From: Roseovarius sp.
GTDB lineage: Bacteria > Pseudomonadota > Alphaproteobacteria > Rhodobacterales > Rhodobacteraceae
Length of the DNA stretch: 64,000 nucleotides
Assembly: GCA_965207105.1 (NCBI GenBank)
Contig: CBDBLS010000043.1
Coordinates: 30,318-94,317, forward strand
Reading direction: 5' to 3'
Both the position numbers and the translations under genes were made by a program. Under the pieces are notes generated by a model. The model worked only from the letters and a program-made list of their open reading frames with translations. It made no database searches and was not told the DNA's origin. Positions 57,450 to 64,000 of the stretch are shown in pieces; the first letter of the stretch is position 1, and the number at the start of each line of letters is the position of its first letter.

Positions 57450-58273
57450 TCCGGATTTTACGCAAAATTCCACTCTCGGCCTTAGTCGGGCTGATCGTGA
57501 CCGCGCTGTTCTTTGTGATAGCAGTGCTTGCACCGCTGATCGCGCCCTATAGCCTGGGCGAAATTGTGGGCAAAGTGTGGGAGCCCGCCTCGGCCGAACA
57601 CTGGCTGGGGACTGACAACATCGGCCGCGACCTGCTGACACGCATGATCTATGGCGGGCGCACCACGATCTTTATTGCCACCGCAGCCACGCTGCTGTCG
57701 TTCACGGTCGGCGCGACCCTGGCCTTCATGGCAGTGGTGATCGGCGGTTGGTTCGATCTGCTGATGTCGCGCTTTGTTGATCTGATCATGGCCATCCCAA
57801 GTCTGATTTTCGCATTGGTGATCCTGTCGGTTGTCCCGCCGTCAATCATCGTTCTGATCATGGTGATGGCGTTTCTCGATGCCACGCGTGTGTACCGGCT
57901 CAGCCGTTCCGTGGCCGAAAGCATCTATGTGATGGACTATATCGAGGTCGCCAAACTGCGCGGCGAAAGACCCAAGTGGATCGTACTGCATGAAATTCTG
58001 CCCAATGCCCTAAGCCCGCTGGTCTCAGAACTGGGTCTGCGCTTCATCTTTATGGTGCTGTATCTTTCAACCCTGTCTTTTCTGGGGCTTGGCATTCAGC
58101 CGCCGTCAACCGATTGGGGGGCGATCGTCAAGGAAAACAGCGATGGTCTGATCTATGGCATCCCTGCCGCATTGGCTCCGGCCATTGCCATCGCCGCATT
58201 GGCCATCTCTGTCAATCTGGTTGCTGATTGGGTGTTGTCGCTGACCACCAGTCTAAAAGGCGGTCACCAATGA
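57446..58273 (+). CDS. Peptide ABC permease (DppC-like)
   Basis: HWLGTDNIGRD, LSFLGLGIQPP.TDWG. Confidence 0.92.
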   Translation: MIRILRKIPLSALVGLIVTALFFVIAVLAPLIAPYSLGEIVGKVWEPASAEHWLGTDNIGRDLLTRMIYGGRTTIFIATAATLLSFTVGATLAFMAVVIGGWFDLLMSRFVDLIMAIPSLIFALVILSVVPPSIIVLIMVMAFLDATRVYRLSRSVAESIYVMDYIEVAKLRGERPKWIVLHEILPNALSPLVSELGLRFIFMVLYLSTLSFLGLGIQPPSTDWGAIVKENSDGLIYGIPAALAPAIAIAALAISVNLVADWVLSLTTSLKGGHQ

Positions 58274-59910
58274 AGACGCCACCACTACTGGAAGCACACG
58301 GGCTGAAGATCGGCGCAACGATCCGCCAGCCGGGCGAAAAGCCGCGCCAGATCGAGATCGTCCACGGCATTGATTTCACATTGGAAAAGGGCAAAGTGCT
58401 GGGCCTGATCGGGGAATCCGGCGCGGGCAAGTCCACCATCGGTCTGGCCACTATGGATTACGGGCGCGGCGCTCTTGAGATTACCGGCGGTGCGGTGTTG
58501 GTGAAAGGGGCCAACATTCGCCGGATATCCCACGACGCTCTTCGTACCCTGCGCGGCAAAGTGATCACGTATGTCTCGCAATCCGCTGCGGCGTCATTCA
58601 ATCCTGCGCGCAAACTGATGAGCCAGGTCACCGAGGCTTGCCTGCGCCACAGCATTTGTTCACAATTCGACGCCGAGGCCCGCGCCATCACCCTGTTCAG
58701 AAAACTCAGCCTGCCTGACCCTGAAACCATCGGTGACCGCTATCCGCATCAGGTGTCAGGCGGGCAGCTGCAGCGGGTGATGACGGCGATGGCGCTTTGC
58801 CCTCAACCTGATCTGGTGGTGTTTGACGAACCCACTACGGCACTGGATGTCACGACACAAATTGATGTGCTGGCCGCCATTAAAGAAGCCATTGCTGATA
58901 CCGGCGTCGGCGCGCTTTATATCACCCATGATCTGGCGGTGGTGGCGCAGGTTTCGGACCATATCATGGTGCTGCGGGATGGCCATATGGTTGAATATGG
59001 CACAACCCAGCAGATCATCCACGACCCGCAAGAGGAATACACCCGCGCGCTGGTGTCAGAACGCTCTGACCTTGCTCAGGAAAAACCGGCGACTGGTGAT
59101 CCTGTCCTGTCGCTGAAAAATGTCAGCGGCACATATACGGGCGTCAAATTCGATATCCTGAAAAACGTCAGCATGAATATCCTGCCGGGTCAGACGCTGG
59201 CGGTGGTTGGCGAATCCGGATCGGGGAAATCCACCACTGCGCGCGCCATCACCGGCCTCATGCCCCCACACACAGGCGAAATCTTGTTTGACGGCCAACC
59301 GTTTCCACACCGTCTGGCAGACCGATCCAAGGATCAGCTGCGCGAGTTGCAAATGATCCACCAGATGGCCGATGTCGCGATGAACCCGCGCCAGACAATC
59401 GCCACCATCATTGGCCGCCCGCTTGAGTTTTATTTTGGCATGAAAGGCGCTGAAAAGCGGCAACGCATCGTGGAGCTGCTGGAAGAAATCGAACTGGGTG
59501 AAGAGTTCCTGAACCGCTACCCGGCTGAGCTTTCGGGAGGGCAGAAGCAACGCGTTTGTATCGCCCGCTGTCTGGCCGCCAAACCTAAGCTGATCATCTG
59601 TGATGAGGTTACATCAGCGCTTGATCCGTTGGTGGCGGCAGGCATCCTGAAATTGTTGTTGGATCTGCAAGAACGTGAAGGTGTCAGCTATCTCTTCATT
59701 ACCCATGATCTGGCCACGGTTAAAGCCATCGCAGATATGATCGCCGTGATGCTGAATGGTGAGGTCGTGCGCTATGGCACCAAATCCCAAGTGCTGAAAC
59801 CACCTTATGACGATTACACTGATCTTCTGCTCTCATCCGTGCCCGAAATGCGGCTTGGCTGGCTGGAAGATGCGATTAAAACCCGCCGGATGGAGGCTGC
59901 CGGAAACTAA
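58270..59910 (+). CDS. Peptide ABC fused double ATPase
   Basis: GESGAGKS and GESGSGKS; VSGGQ and LSGGQ. Confidence 0.93.
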   Translation: MKTPPLLEAHGLKIGATIRQPGEKPRQIEIVHGIDFTLEKGKVLGLIGESGAGKSTIGLATMDYGRGALEITGGAVLVKGANIRRISHDALRTLRGKVITYVSQSAAASFNPARKLMSQVTEACLRHSICSQFDAEARAITLFRKLSLPDPETIGDRYPHQVSGGQLQRVMTAMALCPQPDLVVFDEPTTALDVTTQIDVLAAIKEAIADTGVGALYITHDLAVVAQVSDHIMVLRDGHMVEYGTTQQIIHDPQEEYTRALVSERSDLAQEKPATGDPVLSLKNVSGTYTGVKFDILKNVSMNILPGQTLAVVGESGSGKSTTARAITGLMPPHTGEILFDGQPFPHRLADRSKDQLRELQMIHQMADVAMNPRQTIATIIGRPLEFYFGMKGAEKRQRIVELLEEIELGEEFLNRYPAELSGGQKQRVCIARCLAAKPKLIICDEVTSALDPLVAAGILKLLLDLQEREGVSYLFITHDLATVKAIADMIAVMLNGEVVRYGTKSQVLKPPYDDYTDLLLSSVPEMRLGWLEDAIKTRRMEAAGN

Positions 59911-61422
59911 TGAAAAACAAGGCTCAATTAGCATTGATTATGCGTGCCAACCTGTAACAGAACACACCATGAACAAAATTATGGGGTGCGGCACATGGAT
60001 CATCAGGCTTTTCTGGTGTGGCTCAACGAGATCGACGACCTTTCATCGAAACAACGGACTGAAACCGGACGGCTCGTTGCCGGGGTATCGTCGCTGGAAA
60101 GCGTGATCGATCTCCCTGAGGCGAATGTTCGCGAGGGGCGTATCTGTCCGCACTGTGCTTCGGGCGGTGCGATCATCAGGGGCCATGCAAGTGGCCTGGC
60201 GAGGTTCTTTTGCAAAGGCTGTCGCAAAACCTTCAGCGCGCTGACCGGGACGCCGCCTGCCCGCTTGCGCCACAGGGACAGATGGGCAGGGTTCGCAGCT
60301 TCCCTGCGCGACGGCGAAACGGTAAAGGCGTCCGACGGGCGTTGTATGGTGGCCGACACCACAGCTTTTCGCTGGCGTCATCGCTTTCCCGAGGCCGTAA
60401 CGGTCGGTGCGGTCAGGCTGTGCGGAATCGTCGAAGCCGACGGGACGTTCTTTCCGCGCAGCCGGAAAGGGGACCGTAATCTCTCTCGAAAAGCCCGCAA
60501 ACGCGGGGGAAAGGCCTCGAAACCCGGATTGTCGGAGGAGCAGGTTCCGGTCCCCGTTGCGGTCGACCGATCAGGCACCGCCATCAGTGCTGTCTTGCCT
60601 GCGGTGACAGCCGAACATCTCAAAACGGTTCTGCAGCCACGTCTTGATGGGGACGCTCTCCCGGTGACCGATGGCTGCACCGGCTACCCGCCCTGCGCCG
60701 CAGAAACGGGCGTCAGCCATGAAAGTCTCGACCGGACCGCCGGAGAACGTGTCCGTGGTGAATTGCACATTCAAACCGTGAACAGTCGGCATGAGCGGTT
60801 AAAGACCTTCCCGCGCCGCCATCGGGGCATCGCGACCAAATACCTGGACAGCTGCCTTCGGTGGTTCCACCCTGCCGTCCTTCCGAGCCACCAAACGCCG
60901 CGCGCGATACTTGCCGCCGCCGCAGGCATCCTGCCTGTAACACGCCACGCATAATCAATGCTAATTGAGCCAAAAACAAACTTCTTTTACTGATCATCGA
61001 CGGCGTGCCCTGGCGCAATTGGTGCAGCCTTTTTGGCAATCTCGAAGGTTGGGTAGATGCAGGCGAGGCGCAAGTCTGGAAAATACGCGCGCCTTTGCCA
61101 TCAACTTCGGCGCCCTGCTACGCGTCAATTCACACGGGCGTGGCCCCTGCCGCTCACGGCAGTACCGGAAACCACGATGTGTTCAGGATCGATATGCCCG
61201 ACATTTTTTCAGAAGTCCGCAAAGCGGGGGAATAACCGGCGCAGTCGCGCATTCCTACTGGTCAGAGTTTTTCAATCGCGCACCCTTTGATGCAGTTCGC
61301 GACATAGAATATGACGAACCTGATAGTAATAGCATTAACCATGGTCGGTTTCACACGATGGCAGGGTATTGGCCCGCCAATCAAATGACCCCAAGTGACG
61401 CTGATCTCTTTGCAACGCTCAC
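59910..61422 (+). pseudogene. Alkaline phosphatase-superfamily phosphodiesterase, disrupted by IS1595, a frameshift (61226-61230) and IS21
   Basis: MKNK|LLLLIIDGVP, LPSTSAPCYASIHTG. Confidence 0.8.
59921..60971 (+). mobile_element. IS1595 copy 4 (CDS 59995..60954)
   Basis: IRs; TSD AAAAACAA. Confidence 0.92.
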
Positions 61423-61586
61423 TGTCAATCGCAGAGTAAAATGGGTCCATGTCGCGGCGTAAAAATGGGCCACTTCGGTTGATGTTTTGTGGCGCTTTTG
61501 CACGCGTGCTCGTCACAAAGCTGAAGCGTGCCAAAGCGCATGCTGGCCATAAGGCCAGCATTATTCTGACTGTGATTGCGGGCTGG

Positions 61587-62339
61587 TTATTTTCGGTTGT
61601 TGCGACTGTGTTTGAGCCGATAGCTTTCGCCATTCATCTCGAGGATGTGGACGTGATGGGTTAAACGATCGAGTAGCGCACCGGTCAGCCGCTCAGAGCC
61701 AAAGACTTCAGTCCATTCATCGAAGGGCAGGTTCGAGGTTATGATGATGGAGCCGCGTTCATAGCATTGGGATATGACCTCGAAGAGCAGCTCTGCGCCA
61801 GATTTGCTGAGCGGTACGAAGCCCAGTTCATCAATGATCAACAGGTTCTGGCTGGTCAGTTGCTTTTGAAGGCGCTGCAATCTCCGCTCATCTTGAGCCT
61901 CGATCAGATCATGGACTAATGCCGCAGCCGTTGTGAAGCGCACCTTCAGTCCTCTTTGACATGCAGCCAGCCCAAGTCCCAGGGCGATGTGTGTCTTGCC
62001 CGTGCCTGACGGGCCGAGCGCGATGATGTTCTCCCTGCGATTAACGTAATCGCATCGTGCCAGATCCATCGTCAGGGGCTTGTTCAAGCTTGGCATGATC
62101 TTGAAGTCAAAGCTATCCAAGCTCTTGGTGCTGGGGAACTTCGCCGCTTTGATGCGCCGTTCAATCATCCGGCGTTCGCGGTCGATCAATTCCATCTCAC
62201 ACAGCCGCGCCAGATAGTGGATGTGATCTTTGTTCTCTGCAGCACAGAGCTGCGCCTGTTTGGCATACTCGCCTTGGAACGTTGGCAGTCGCAGTTGTTT
62301 AAGATGATGCCGTAGAAGAATCCGAGGGGCTTCGGTCAT
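61587..62339 (-). CDS. istB: IS21 helper ATPase
   Basis: Same protein as other copies. Confidence 0.95.
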   Translation of the reverse strand: MTEAPRILLRHHLKQLRLPTFQGEYAKQAQLCAAENKDHIHYLARLCEMELIDRERRMIERRIKAAKFPSTKSLDSFDFKIMPSLNKPLTMDLARCDYVNRRENIIALGPSGTGKTHIALGLGLAACQRGLKVRFTTAAALVHDLIEAQDERRLQRLQKQLTSQNLLIIDELGFVPLSKSGAELLFEVISQCYERGSIIITSNLPFDEWTEVFGSERLTGALLDRLTHHVHILEMNGESYRLKHSRNNRK

Positions 62340-63747
62340 GCCGCGGTCCTTCCCATCAAGCTCATGTAACTGGATGGGCGTGTTGTGCCGACATTGGCCT
62401 TGGGCAAGTATGGATAGAAGTCCAAATCCAATCGTGGTGGCCGCTTCTCAACCCGACACAGTACAAGGTGTTTTACGGCGTCATAGCCAATTGCACCCAT
62501 ATCTATTGCCTGCTGGATTGCGCCTTGCACAACATCCATTTCGAAGGTCTCCAAAAGGCGCAAGACTTGAACGTATTCTCGCTTGCCCGGCTTACCCATT
62601 CTGGCTTCAAGCAGTCGGTGCAGCGTGGCAAATACATCTGGCAAATGCCAACCCTGCAAAGGCGCGGCCTGATCCAGGGCACCCACCTTTTGTTCAAGCA
62701 GGGGCAAAAAGTGCAATGGGTCAAAGACCATATCCGCTGATGTGTAGGATCGTTTGTGCCGCGCAATAATCTCATTGCCGCAGCCGATGATAACCTCATG
62801 CACAAACCCACGCACATGAACATCGTGGTGCGCATAGGCTACTGGCACCGAGTAATCATTGCTGCGATAGCGCACCATTGAGATCGACGTTGCACGCGTG
62901 CTGACGTGATCGCAGGCTTCATATTCTGCGACGGGCAATCCCATCAGAGCATCCAAATCCGACATCAGGCGTGCGCCTATGGTTTGGGTGTGACCCCGCA
63001 ACGTATCGTCCTGACGTGCTAAACACTTCTCTTCCAAATGTGCGTTCAGATCATCAAAGCTGTCATAGCGAGGTGCGGGAACCATGAAGTTGCGGCGGGT
63101 GTATCCAACCATGCCCTCAACGTTGCCTTTATCGTTCCCTCGCGCGGGTCTGCCAAACTTGTCATCAAACAAGTAATGCGACTGCAGTTTCGTAAACCGA
63201 CGTGTGCGGATGCGCGTCTTATCCCCGAGTATCCGAGCCACGGCGATCTTGGTATTGTCGTAGAGAATGGATTGCGGAATGCCGCCAAAGAATGCAAAGG
63301 CGGACACATGGCCATCGCAAAACGCCTCGGGTGTCTCAGCTGGATATCCCTTCACAAACACCGCATCAGAATGTGGCAAGCTCATCACGAAGAAGTGGAT
63401 CTTGCATTCCACGCCACCGATCACGCCCAGCGTCTCACCAAAATCAACCTGCGCATGGCCCGGCCGATGCGACAACGGCACAAACACCTCTTTGGTGCGC
63501 CGTTTTTGCTCGCGCACGTAATAGGTCACCGTGGTCAGGCTGCCGGCATATCCATGCTCATCGCGCAGCCGTTCAAAGATGCGCTTGGCCGTGTGTCGCT
63601 GCTTTTTGATCAGGGCTTTGTCTGTGCGCAGTATCTCATCGACCACACCAACATAACCATCAAGCGTTGGCCGCCGAGGCGCTTCCGACCGACGATACCC
63701 AGGCGGAAGTTCATGGCGCAGCATCTTCGCGATCGTCTTACGATCTT
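62336..63747 (-). pseudogene. istA: IS21 transposase, 3' part (interrupted by IS1111)
   Basis: 3 aa differences from copies 1 and 2. Confidence 0.9.
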
Positions 63748-64000
63748 TGTTCTCTAATCTGTCAATGCGTGTTTCCTGAGTTTCCTGCTTTTGATGTCAG
63801 AGGTTGCCTTTGTTCTCTTCGAACTCTGAGGTTCATGATGGGGTTGGCTGGGTGTGGGTCGGCAATGTTGAAACCGCAATCATACCGTTGGTCTTGGCTG
63901 TTGCTACAGAATCGGCGCCGTGTCTCACGCCCTCCCTCGGGCATCGTCCCAGATGGGAACTTTGATTTAGGAATCCTCGTTGTCGCCTCGTAAGCCTTAC
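63748..64000 (-). mobile_element. IS1111 copy 3, right end with putative bridge RNA
   Basis: Matches 8243-8495. Confidence 0.88.

Larger units (their letters stand above)
61423..64000 (-). mobile_element. IS21 type X with IS1111 insertion, copy 3 (runs off window)
   Basis: Same as 5918 onward; IS1111 right junction at 63748-63751. Confidence 0.92.

Overview
64 kb from a GC-rich alphaproteobacterium; gene content is Roseobacter/Rhodobacteraceae-like (inferred). It is in the middle of an IS explosion: roughly 45-50% of the window is IS or IS debris (IS5, IS481, IS256, Tn3, IS630, three IS21 types, two IS110-family elements plus a third fragment, IS1595 x4, ISL2, IS3, IS4, and an IS200/IS605-like MITE), heavily nested. 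Host islands: M24 peptidase/GntR, BON-LysM, an ABC exporter, tRNA-Gly, an FNR-box-preceded napFDAGHBC operon (3 genes broken), a DEAD-box helicase pseudogene, a GcvT-family oxidoreductase with a broken RpiR and a polar amino-acid ABC transporter, Crp/Fnr plus DUF4202, an SCO module, groESL and a peptide ABC operon. An orphan, IS-truncated type I-E CRISPR array runs directly into a DUF262 (GmrS-like) gene. Main observations: (1) strongly directional A:T->G:C hypermutation of older IS copies and of groEL; (2) an IS1111-type element sitting at the same nucleotide in istA of all three IS21 copies that retain that region, whose 3' non-coding region contains exact matches to its own target and donor junctions (bridge/seek RNA guides); (3) a second IS110 with a readable donor-binding loop; (4) a ~100-bp IS200/IS605-like double-hairpin element. 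All homology calls come from motif recognition, not database searches.
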